Of a stretch of 32,448 nucleotides of DNA, positions 1 through 10,758 are shown piece after piece. A program made the position numbers and the translations under genes. The DNA is from Paraspadella gotoi (lineage: Eukaryota > Animalia > Chaetognatha): assembly GCA_051294375.1 (NCBI GenBank), contig CM119265.1:18297669-18330116 (forward strand), in the 5' to 3' direction. The notes below the pieces were generated by a model that had not been told where the DNA came from, made no database searches, and saw only the letters and a program-made list of their open reading frames with translations. Numbering within the stretch: position 1 is the stretch's first letter; every line of letters begins with the position of its first letter.

Positions 1-83
1 TCCCTTCAACCCAATAACGAATCCCCATTCTCAATTCCCGCGTTCAATCGCTCCAACGTCTTCACACAGCCCCTACCCCCCCC
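1..83 (+). repeat. Direct duplicate of 2085-2172 ending at a 25-N gap
   Basis: The same sequence (cccaataacgaatccc..ttcacacag..ccctacccccc) differs mainly by 1-nt indels. Confidence 0.9.
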
Positions 84-389
84 NNNNNNNNNNNNNNNNN
101 NNNNNNNNGAGCGGAGGTCTCGAGAAATTGTTTTTTGTTCTTGTTTTAATCCTCTTGTCCTCCCAAATACAGGATAAGGAAATTTAACTATAATATTTCG
201 GATTTCAGAAATATAATTGTACTATGCTATGCGTCACGCATAACATAAGATTGAGTCGAAAATATCATTATTCAGTTTGTTCTTATTTCATTAATCTTCG
301 ACCTTTAAATCACAATTCACACTCTAACTTTGACTGTTAACTACAAAAATATTGTGTTTTTTCAATATACCCACAATTGCTCATGAGTT

Positions 390-1427
390 TGTTATTCCTC
401 GTATACTGTTGACTGCAAATCAAGCGAAGCCTGCACGCCATGATGGCAAAACTGAAATAAACTCACTAATTTCAACTCGGTCTTTAAGGCGGAAGGAAAC
501 ACTGCCCTTGCGCACAGCAATATGCAAATCTTATCCTCAGCAGCATAGAGAAAGCAAGGTCCCACTTACCGAACACTCGGCCTTTCTAATATAACAAACT
601 ACGCTAGCCCGTGACCACCAAACCAGAGGCACGCATGCGTCGGGGTCTCTCTTCACTCACGGCCAACACCTCTCCGTTGTCGCGACAGCTGGCCACGCTG
701 AAATGATGGCCGGAGAGAGTTGTGAGCATTCGTGGGAACCAAAAAGAGGGTTGGTAACGCAATTTGATCGAGGATCCCGGAACCAAGTGAGATACAAGCA
801 GTGATCCGTAATCAAGGGGTAGTTGAACGGCGTTCTAAAGTTCTTCAGTGGGGTGTTTGATGGTGGTGTGATGCTGAACTCACGATTAGAAAAACGTTGA
901 AGATCCCTCAAAAAATTGACACGAACCCGGACAGGTGGTCGGGGTGGTTGGCGGTTTGGGGTGCTGAGCCAGATCGTGGGGGTGACGAGAGTGCAGTCTG
1001 AAGAAAACAATTACGTTTCCTTCTGTTCACTCGCGCGCAATCGCAACGTATACTCTTCAGTTCTGTATACTAATCACAATATGCCGATACACTATAAGAG
1101 GCACGAAGGAAAAAAGAAAAAGACACAGTGTGACATTCCAAAGACGAGACCTATTGCCGATTATGTTAGGTACTTCCTGCAATGCGAGTCGTCCGCTTCT
1201 CATCGCGCAGAAGAGTCCGACTGAAACATGATCCGGAGTACCCAGCTGAGCGTGACGAGTAGTTTCATTTCCGTGAGAAGTAGGGTCCGATGGATCGCTA
1301 TTGTCGCCGCCGCGTCGAAGGCGTAGTCCGTGCGATTTTCGCTGTGAATCGAACCATCGGTGATTCGAGTTGATGAATTATGTGTCAATTGAACTCACGA
1401 TGATGAGATTATTGAGAACACGAGGAT
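390..1427 (-). pseudogene. Frameshift-riddled fragment of a tandem CUB-domain protein gene (2-3 putative exons: ~1177-1427, 570-997, ~390-535); may be a noisy read rather than a true pseudogene
   Basis: Switching frames gives CUB-like pieces in the correct order: DY..GGDNSDP..IGPY..GNET..LRIMFQSDSS; then a PKPPTTPTTCPGSC linker, ..TPFNYP..CLYL..VPGSSIKL; then EFIS....AGFA. Splice-like sites: ttttcttcAG at 998-999 and GTAAGT at 569-564. Manual motif recognition only. Confidence 0.5.
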
Positions 1428-1605
1428 CTTAAAATATTACAGTTGAGGCGACTACACACCGGTCGTGTCTATCTCTCTCTCCACAGCGGGTTTGTCCTTA
1501 GTGGCTACAGTTTCCATTGCCCTAACAACCAAAACCCGTTTCAAGTAGGGGCAGCGTAAATAGTTGGTAATTATCAAAAAATTGATAAATTTCGTCGCGT
1601 TTCAG

Positions 1606-2062
1606 GTTTAAATTCTTTCTATCCTTTCTATCATCCTCATTCATATAATTTACAATCCTTCATTTAATTCTTTCTATTCTTTCTATCATCTCATTCCATT
1701 TAAATTTACTGCGAATGCCTCTCATTATCTCTTTCTATTCTTTCTATCAAATCTCATTCCCAGCTAAACTTAACTAATCCTTCATTTAATTCCTTTTCTA
1801 TTCTTTCTATAATCTTCAATTCCATCCTAAAACTCTAACTTCATCTTTCATTTTAATTCTTTTCTCATTCTCCTCTAAATAATCTCATTCCATCCTAAAC
1901 TTACTAATCCTTTGCATTCTAATCTTTATCTATTCAATCTGCTATATCTCAATTTAGTCTCATTCCATTCTTAAACTACTTATCATGCACTTCATTTAAT
2001 TCTTTATTATTCTTTTTCTATAAATCTCATTTCCATCTAAACTTCCATCCTATCCTTCATTT
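1606..2062. repeat. Degenerate minisatellite, ~57-bp unit, about 8 copies
   Basis: Recurring ttcatttaattctttctattctttctat(a/c)atctcattccatctaaacttactaatcc with many small indels. Confidence 0.85.
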
Positions 2063-2266
2063 CTGATAACGACAAAAAGTTCGTCTCTTCAAACCCAATA
2101 ACGAATCCCATTCTCAATTCCCCGCCGTTTCAATCGCTTCCAACGTCTTCACACAGTCCCCTACCCCCCCCCCACCCCCTCCGTCCGCCTTCCACCGCCG
2201 TCCTCTCATCTCCCCTCCCCCACTCCCTCCACAACCCTCCCCACAGCTCCCTTCCACATCCCTCAC

Positions 2267-2490
2267 CGATCTTGTTGTTCCTGAGATCGAGACTCTTGAG
2301 GTTCTTGAGCTGCTTGAAGAGGCCCTTGTTCTCGATCTTGGTGATCTCGTTGTCGCTCAGTCGCAGGTCCGTCACGTAGGCGGGGATGTTGTCGGGCAGC
2401 TTGGTCAGCTTCTTGCCCGAACAGTTGACCACGGTGCCCGTGCACTTGCACGACTCGGGACAGTCTTTGTTCTCGCTGCACTGACCGGCT
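2267..2490 (-). CDS. slit: Slit exon f (224 nt, phase 2/1): AGQCSENKDCPESCKCTGTVVNCSGKKLTKLPDNIPAYVTDLRLSDNEITKIENKGLFKQLKNLKSLDLRNNKI, D3 LRRNT and LRRs
   Basis: Acceptor tttgatccAG|A, donor G|GTGAGG, CPxxCxCxxxxVxC LRRNT motif. Overlaps ORF 2130..2432. Confidence 0.97.
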
Positions 2491-2794
2491 CTGGATCAAA
2501 AGAAAAGATATGTTGGGTGAATGATTTGTGATATTTTAGGGAAATATTAGACGGTATTCAATTTTTAATTCTATCAATTCTTTTTACCCCAGACTACCCT
2601 ATATATCAAACAGAGAAATCTTAAACTTCCTTCAGTATTATTCCTCTTAGCTATTTTTATTTTTACAAAAACCACCCGAGTTTAATTTTGTAAATATCAC
2701 GCGCCTGTTGCATTCCACTCGCAGGAAATAAATCGGAAGCTCCGAAATCCGGTTTCTCGAGGAGTTTTTTCTCTGCATTCGTTTTAGTTGTTTT

Positions 2795-2966
2795 TGTGTG
2801 TGTGTGTGTGTATTTTTCTTTTGCTTTCTTCTACCTCTCCCTCTCTCTCTCCCTCTCTCTTTCTCTCTCTTTCTCTCCCTCTCTCTCTCTCTCTCCCTCT
2901 CTCTCTCTCTCCTTCTTCTCGTTCCATCCTCTGTTTTTATCTCTCTCTCCCCATCTCCCTCTCTCA
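2795..2966. repeat. (TG)n followed by (CT)n microsatellite
   Basis: Visible directly in the sequence. Confidence 0.9.
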
Positions 2967-3666
2967 TCGTTCACCCCGATACAATTTCCCTTTTCCCGTC
3001 TTCCATTTGCAAAACCAATACTTCTTTTTCTGACTTTTTTTTCATTTTCTCTCTTTTCTTTTTTAGGTTTTTTTTTTCTGCTTTTTTATTTCACTTTCTC
3101 GTTTTAAAAATTCTTCACGCTCTTCACTTTTTTTTTGTCCGAAAAGGTTTCGACTTTCCTTTTCCTTCCACAGGAAATGTAACTTTGTTTGCATTGAAAA
3201 ATGTAACTTACTTTTCGACGAGGAGAAAAACACGCCTCGGCTTTTTCAGGCTCCGCTTTTTAACTTACTTCGGATAAACTTTCCCTTCCTCTCGATCGAG
3301 ATTCGAGAAGTTGATTTGGGTCTTAACTCACTTTTTCACTTTCCCGCTTCTCGACTGGGGGAGGTAAGGGGCAAAAGGATCTTAACCTACTTCGAGACTT
3401 ACCCAGGGAGGAATTTAGAGAGGATTTCCCGCGGGTGGAATTCGAACTTTGCTTTTCGCTTTTCAGGTGGAAATGTGTTAAATGTGAAAAGAATCACTTG
3501 GATCACCTCATTGCTTGGAGTGAGAAGCGTGCGATATCACACCTTCACGTTTACAAGCTTTTGACGAGCTATAAACCCAACGCTCAAAACTTAAATCTAT
3601 CGCTATTTTATGTTTAACTAGTATATAAATACGTGTTTAAATTCTTATTAAAATAAAGCGACTTAC

Positions 3667-3753
3667 TTCGGGTTTGGTCCGTTGTTGCACTTGAATTTGG
3701 AAATCTTTACGGCCCCGATTTTCTTTTGATGCATTCGCTTTGGAGAATCGCAT
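3667..3753 (-). CDS. slit: Slit exon e (87 nt, phase 2/2): CDSPKRMHQKKIGAVKISKFKCNNGPNP(K), end of D2 LRRCT and linker
   Basis: Acceptor ctttcAG|ATGC, donor GAA|GTAAGT, open frame. AG|A with exon d gives GAR-C. Not in the ORF track. Confidence 0.94.
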
Positions 3754-3974
3754 CTGAAAGATGAATTTTAATTTCTTAAAAAATTAACATAAATTGTTAA
3801 AATCTATTAAAGAGGACGTCTTCGCCGTCGTCATTATCGTCGTCATCGTCATCGTCATCTTTTCGCTGCGATAATGATCTTTATTCAGTTTTTCTCTCTT
3901 GATTCGAAACGAGCACAACCGTTGGCTAACTTGTCCATAATACAAGTTACATTTTCTTTGATTAGCGTCAGATT

Positions 3975-4076
3975 AATTTATTATATTAATATTATATTAT
4001 TATTATTTTATTATTATTATTATTATTATTATATTATTATTATTTATTATTATTATTATTATTATTAATTAATTAT
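3975..4076. repeat. (ATT)n microsatellite
   Basis: Visible directly in the sequence. Confidence 0.9.
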
Positions 4077-4489
4077 TCAACATATAAAATTTTGTAAATT
4101 CTTATTTGGTTAAAATTTAAAATTTTATTATGACGCAGACGATTAGAGAGAAAGGAGGCGAATTCCCTCTCTGTCGCCCGATTTCTGTGCAACATTAATT
4201 TTTTACTCTTTTTTTAACTTTTTCTATCCCTTTGATGTACTCATTTCGTATCGGTGATCCGACTTTGCTTCCTTTTCTCATTCTTTCCTCCCTTCAATCG
4301 ATTGTTATTTTCTCTTCCTTTCCTTCCTTTATTCTCTTCTTCTTTTCTTTCCCTCCATCTGCTTTCCTTCCTTTATTCCTTTCTTCTTTCTTCCCTCATC
4401 CTTTCATTTCTTTTCCTTTATCTCCTTCCGTAATTTTCTTCTTTCTTTCCCATCCTCAACTCCTTTTCCTTCCCTTCATTCCTTCTCAC

Positions 4490-4584
4490 TCTCAAGTTAC
4501 AATCGCAGGTGAAAGGGTTTCGCGCCAAATGCAAAGTCTGGATGTTCTCAACGGAGTGAAAGTTCCGTTCGCCAAACTGGAAAT
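4490..4584 (-). CDS. slit: Slit exon c: ISSLANGTFTPLR[N]IQTLHLARNPFTCDCNLR (last D2 LRR and start of LRRCT); frameshifted as assembled
   Basis: Acceptor tttttttAG|ATT, donor GTGAGA. One base is missing near 4545 (AGA AC ATC), and there is one extra base at 4490 relative to the phase-2 end required by exon d. Confidence 0.92.
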
Positions 4585-5183
4585 CTAAAAAAAAGATCAA
4601 AAAGTTATTTATTAATTTATTTATTTATTTGATTCGAGTGATTTTTGAAAATAAAGTAAGCGCCAAATGCAAAATGCACAATACAGATGCTTCGCGAAAA
4701 CTACTGTTACAATTAAGTAAGGTCAAAANNNNNNNNNNNNNNNNNNNNNNNNNCCAATACGGAGCAACAAACAGCCAATTTTGAAGTAAATTCTTTCGAG
4801 CAGAAGAATGAAAAGAAAAACCTGAAACGCGCGAAATTCTTTTTTTTTTTTTTAAACAAAAAACATCTGAAAGATGAAAGACAAGACAGGAATAAAAAAA
4901 AACAGAAGAAAAAAGAGACAAGTTTTTTGTTTTAAAAAATTTAAAAAATGGTTCGTCGTAAAAGAAAGTCGCACTCAATAAACATTAAACAATTGTACAT
5001 GATGTAATAACTAGCGTGATTTTTTAAAAATTTTATATCGATTTAGCAGCATTTATTTAAAATTAAACATCCTCTCTCACAGAGAAAACGAGTCCAAATA
5101 AAAATATTTAAGATGGTCGCTGCAACGAGCAAACAAGTTTTAAGGCTTCTCTCATGCACCGAAAAGAAAAAGAAAAAACTCAC

Positions 5184-5232
5184 CTCGCTCCCGAAGTTTC
5201 GATGGGATTTTCCAGATATTTCGCCCAACCAT
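5184..5232 (-). CDS. slit: Slit exon d: (R)WL[AK or GE]YLENPIETSGA(R), LRRCT; frameshifted and out of order as assembled
   Basis: Acceptor ccccacAG|ATGG, donor GAG|GTGAGT. The 3' part reads AAT CCC ATC GAA ACT TCG GGA GCG AG = NPIETSGAR. Length is 49 nt, not a multiple of 3. Confidence 0.9.
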
Positions 5233-5886
5233 CTGTGGGGAAAAATCAATGTAATCGCTCTTGTATGATAAATTATTTCCGAGGGCGCGTAAACTCTAAG
5301 TCGTTAAGGGGCGCGTGGAAGGGGGGGCAAAAGGATCATCATACATATTCTCCGAACTTTAGGAGTCGAAATCACGCGTCTTCGTCCGTCGTCATTATCG
5401 TCGTCATCGTAACGTGAGAATTTATTTTAGTAGCTTCCACCATTTTACTCAATACTCAAAAGGTATCTATCGGTAATAGATATAGAAAATAAAAACAAAG
5501 AAACTAAAAAATAAAAACTGAAGATAAAAATGTTCCCAATAAAAAAAATTGGCGAGGAAACCTGTGGCAACTATTAAAAAGGGATTGCGGTCGTCGACCG
5601 ACGACTAGACTGGAATGACAAACATCTTCTTAATATTCTGTCTGGCTTGTGTCTTTTTTTTTTGTTTAAAAAAAAAGAAAAAAAACAGGGAAAACATGAA
5701 AATAAAAGTATATATTGATAGAATGCATAAAAATAAATAAAGAAATGAATAAAAAATAAATAATCAATTAAGATAAAATAAATAAATGATATATGAATAA
5801 ATTAGTAATTACATGGATTTAAAAAGAAATAAAAAGAAAACAAGTAAAGAAGGAGAGAAAAAAGAAAGAAAGAAAGAAAGAAAGAA

Positions 5887-7029
5887 AACCCCTTCTAATA
5901 ATTTAATAACTTGTCAGAATATTTTTAGTAATTTTAAAATTTAAATAACTTTTCGCTTGGTTGTTGTTTGTCTCCGCATGTCGGTGCCGTCTTCGTCTTT
6001 GTTGGCGCTCCGGCGGCCAAAGTGTCAAAAACAATATCAGAAAAGCCTTTTTTCTTCCGCCTAGCGACAAGAGCGCCCGCCAACCGCCCCCCACCGCAGA
6101 CGACGACCGCGCCGCCTTTCGTCTCCATGTGACAGAGAGCGACGCCTGCGATTCCATTTCTGCCATAATTCCAGCTTAATCTCACGGGACGCTGTACTGT
6201 CGTCATCGCGTCAGTGCTCCGTCTGTTCGTCGTCTGTCTTCAATCCGTACGTCGTCGTCGTCTCGCTTCGTCAACTAACACGGCGAAACGCCGCTCCCGT
6301 GCACTCCAGAACCGCTTCGTTCACTGACGCCACTCATAAAAGTGAGATATATCAGATATCATTATTTTCTTGTCCAGCATCGACCTTTTAGCGAGATACT
6401 CGAAGATGAGACATGACGAGAACAAAAGGGAGTTGCAGTCAGACTAGTGAGAGCAGGGGAGAGAGCCGATCGGAGCAAGGAAAAAAATCTTGATCCCGTT
6501 GGGTCGCCGCCCGAGTAGTTACTTAAAAAAATTAAGAATAGCGACGCCCGGGCGACGGAAAAGGTGTGAAATGATCGAGCACGTCCTGGGAGTTGAAGTG
6601 TTGTAGCTGAGTGAGACTTTAAATATTACGGATAACAGGATAATTTATGTATAAAATAAATTGTTATCGGATATTAGTTTGACTTATTTATATTCTTCAC
6701 CTCGTTAGATGCTTTTTTTGTTCGAGAACCTTTCCGAGACAATGTTGTATAATTAGTTCACGTTGCCACGGCCGGAGGGATTATAAAAAGATAAAACAAT
6801 AATAGATGACAATCTGAAAAACAAAAAAAAAAAAGAAAATGGGAAAAAAAACCAAAGGAGGAAAAAAAAGAAGAAGAAGGAGTCGCTGGGATGGTGGAGG
6901 ATTTTAGATACAAACATATCGTGGGAGACACTCTCCCTCCTTCGACCAATTCATTCTCATTTTCTTCAATCTCCTCTCTCTTCCCTCAGTACTCTCTTCT
7001 CTACGTCCTCTCTCTCTCCTCTCTCTCTC

Positions 7030-7085
<56 letters not shown>

Positions 7086-7913
7086 TCGCGTGTCTCTCCT
7101 TCTGTTCCTTTCGCCACACAGCACACACACAACCATAGAGTAATGATGTAAAAATCTGGAGATTCTTGTATGTTATCCGCCTGCGAGGAAAATCGAGCTT
7201 CTTCGGATGCAGTCTCGTACAAGAGCCCTCGGGCGAGATTTTAGTTATGTTCTAGCAATTATTAAAGATTGAAAATTGAAAAAAAAGACCGAGAGAAAAA
7301 AATTAGGGCCTGACCTCCGTGTTACTTGTATTCGTGGTATGCCAAAGAAAGGAAAAAAAAAGAAAGACGGATATGGACAAGAGCAAAGAGGTAAAAAAAA
7401 GCTGACAGAGTGAAAAAACCTCGATTGTGCTTTGCTTCAACTGATGGAAGAGATAGAAAATTTGGATTCCGCTTTACTTAGAACTTCGTGAAACTGAAAA
7501 GCGAGTGAAGAGCAGAAAGAGAGAGTTGAGAGCGAAAGAGAGAGCAGTGAGAAGGGAGAAGAGAGAGACGAACGCAGAAAGCACAGAGAGATGACGGAAG
7601 AGAGAGAGGAAAGCTAGAGAACATTGTACGACTCAAGGGAGGAAATATAAATAATAAAAAAAGACGCGGTCTACACCGAGGCGAGTCGAGGGTTTCGATC
7701 CTCGGCGCGCCTGACGGACGAGAGGTGAGGTTTAGGGAAGGGCGGCGGTTGAGGTCAAAGAACGATCGAAGGTCTGTGAGACGCGGTGCAGGTTGAGGAT
7801 CACGGGGAGGTGTATTGGAAAACAGGAATCAGAAGCCGGCTAAGTGGGCGGCCAGTGGGGCGTGGGGGAAGAGAGAAATTGAATAAATAAAAAATTTTTG
7901 TCTCTCTTCTCTC

Positions 7914-7975
<62 letters not shown>

Positions 7976-8625
7976 CTCCTCTTCTCGCAGACGAATATTT
8001 TGCTTATCCTTCTCCATCTCGGATTCTCCCGATTTTCGAACCTGGAAACTGAAAATATTTATGGGACAAAACCAAAAAGATCAAAGGGGAAAAACCTTTT
8101 TTTCTTCTTATCTTTTTCTACAAGAAACTGAGAAAGATGATTTAATTATTCTATTTTCTTTTGTTTTCGAGCAGCGTCGAAAGAGTAAAGCGAGAAATTT
8201 TTTTTGTGGCCCCTATGGAAAATCCAAAGGCTTAAGAGTTGTTTTGTTTTTTTTTCTTTGCTTTCTTGCTCTCTTTCTTCTTTCTTTTTCTTTTTTCTTT
8301 TCTTTCGTTCTTCTTTCTTGCNNNNNNNNNNNNNNNNNNNNNNNNNAAAGAAACAAACAAAGAAACAAAGAAACAAACGTCTAGCCTTGGATTTTCCATT
8401 GGGGCCACAAAAAAAATTCTCCCTTTACTCTTTCGACCTCAAAACAAAAAAAAATAGAATAATTAAATCATCTTTTCTCGGTTTCTTTAGTAGAAAAGAT
8501 AAGAAAAAAAAAGGTTTTTCCCTTTGATCTTTTGGTTTTTCCAAATATTTTCATTTCAGGTCGAAAAATTCGGGAGAATCGAGGATGGAGACGGATAACA
8601 ATAGTTCGTCTGCGAGAAAGAGGAG

Positions 8626-8687
<62 letters not shown>

Positions 8688-10630
8688 GAGAGAAACGAGC
8701 GAAACAATTTTTTTTTTTCAATTTCTCTCTTCGCCCCCTATCGCCAGCCGCCCACTAGCCTGGCTTCTGATCTCTGTTTTCAATACACCTCCCCCACGTG
8801 ATCCTCAACCTGTCACCGGCGTCTCACAGACCTTACGATCGTCTTATGACGCTCACCGCCGCCCTTCCTAAACCTCACCTCTGGCGTCCCGTAGGGCGCG
8901 CCGAGGATCACGAAACCCTGACTCGCTCGGTGTAGAACCGCGCTCTTTTTTTATTGCATTTATATTTGCCTCCTTGAGTCGTAATGTCCTCTACTTTTCC
9001 CTCTCTCTCCTCGATCTCTCGGTTACTCTCTCTCGTTTCTCTCTCTCTCTCTCTCCCTGCTCTCTCTCTCTATTCTCCAGTCTCTCTTTGACTCTCTCTC
9101 TGTCTCTTTTCAGTTTCACGAAGTTCTAAGTAAGAGGGAATCCAAAGTTTTCTATCTCTTCCAATCAGTTGAAGAAAGCACAATCGAGGTTTTTCTTCAC
9201 TTTTCACTTTTTTTGTACCTCTTTACTTTCACTTTCTTTTTTATTTTTTCCTTTCTTTGCATATCCACGAATAAAGTAAACACGGAGGTCAGGGCTCCTA
9301 ATTTTTTTTCTCTCGTCTTTTTTTTCAATTTTCATCTTAAGAATTGCAGAAAATAAACTAAAACTCGCCACGGGGCGTTACGGTGAGGACGAGGTCACGA
9401 AGAAGCCGATTTTCTCCGCAGGCGGATAACACTACAAGAAATCTCCGCAGATTTTTCTTCATTGACTCTATGGTATTGTGTGTGTGGTGTGTGCGAAAGG
9501 GAGACAGAAGGAGAGAGCGACGCAGCAAAGACGAGAGAGAGAGAGAGAGAAGAGAGAAGAGAGAGAGAGAGAGAGAGAGACGAGGAGAGAGAAGGAGGAG
9601 AAGAGAGGTAAGAGAGAGAGAGAGAGATGAGAGATTAAAAAATGCAGAATGAATTGGTCGAATGGAGGAGTGCTCTCAGCGATATGTTTTATCTAAAATC
9701 CTCCCCTCTCAGCGACTCCTTCCTTTCTTCTTTTTTTTCTCTTTGGGCCATTTTCTTTTTTCTTTTTTTCACTGTCTCCTAATTTGTCTTTTTCCTTTAC
9801 ATTCTTTATCTCGTTTTTTATGTTATAATCCCTCCCGCCGTCACGTGAACTATTTATAGAACATTGTCTCGGAAGGTTCCGCGAAAAGAAAAGCATACGA
9901 GGTGAAAGGATATAGTTAAATAAGTCAAACTATCATAACGACAATTTATTTTTAACATAAATATCTCTGTTATCTATAATTTAAAGTCTCTCCATCACAA
10001 CACGTTCAATCCCAGGACGCTGTCCGAATCATTTCTCACCTTTGCCGTCGCCGGCGTCGCTATTCTATTTTTAGTAACTCGGGTCGGCGACCACGAATTT
10101 CCTTCGCTCGATTCTTGGCTCCCTCTCTCTCTCACTTCTGACGCAATTCCCTTTTGTCTCTCGTTCATTCTCATCTTCGAGTATCTCGCTAACGTCGATC
10201 TGGAAAGAAAAAAAATATCTGATTATTCACTTTTTGAGTGGGCGTCATGAAGAAGCGGTTGGAGTTGACGTGAGCGGCGTTTGCCGTGTTAGTTGACGAA
10301 CGAGACGACGACGACGACGATGAAGACGACGACGGAGACGACGCCGATGACGACGCCGATGACGACGACAGCGTCGTGAGATTAAAGCTGGATTATGCAA
10401 AATGGAATCCAGGCGTCGCTCCCTGTCACATGGAGACGAAAGGCGGCGGCGTCGTCGTCTGCGGCGGTGGCGGCGCTCTTGTCGCTAGGCGGAGAAAAGG
10501 CTTTTTGATTTGACACTTGCCGCCCGGAGCCGAACAAAGACGAAGAGGACAGCGGAGACAACAAACACAAGCGAAAATTATTAATTTAAAATTTATAAAA
10601 ATATTCTGACAAGTTATTACTAGAGGGTTA
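5887..10630. repeat. ~2.4-kb inverted duplication (arms ~5887-8321 and 8347-10630) centred on a 25-N gap
   Basis: For example taataacttgtcagaatattttt (5904) versus aaaaatattctgacaagttatta (10597), and gtctccatgtgacag versus ctgtcacatggagac. The arms are colinear in reverse throughout and indel-rich. Confidence 0.93.
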
Positions 10631-10758
10631 TAATTAATTTGTTTTAATACACTGACATCATGCAACGAAGCTGTTTGGGTCACTCAGAAATAATACCCGT
10701 CTTCGTTATCCATAGCAGTTTCATATTGCGACGACTCCGGCGACGGCGGCGGCGGCGG

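Noticed and set aside
1486-1540. Imperfect hairpin (cgggtttg..ttag.ggc / gcc.ctaa..caaaacccg) as a pre-miRNA
   Set aside because: The stem is short and heavily bulged, lies in noisy sequence, and matches no family I recognise.
2130-2266. C-terminal GEGCGRELWGG part of ORF 2130..2432
   Set aside because: Read-through past the GTGAGG donor into a G-rich intron.
2647-3277. RE/SL dipeptide ORFs here and at other (GA)n tracts
   Set aside because: Microsatellite translations.
7424-7440. TTGTGCTT, the 5' end of miR-218 (hosted in vertebrate SLIT2/3 introns); mirror copy near 9176
   Set aside because: Only 8 nt match. The rest of the mature sequence and a hairpin are absent.
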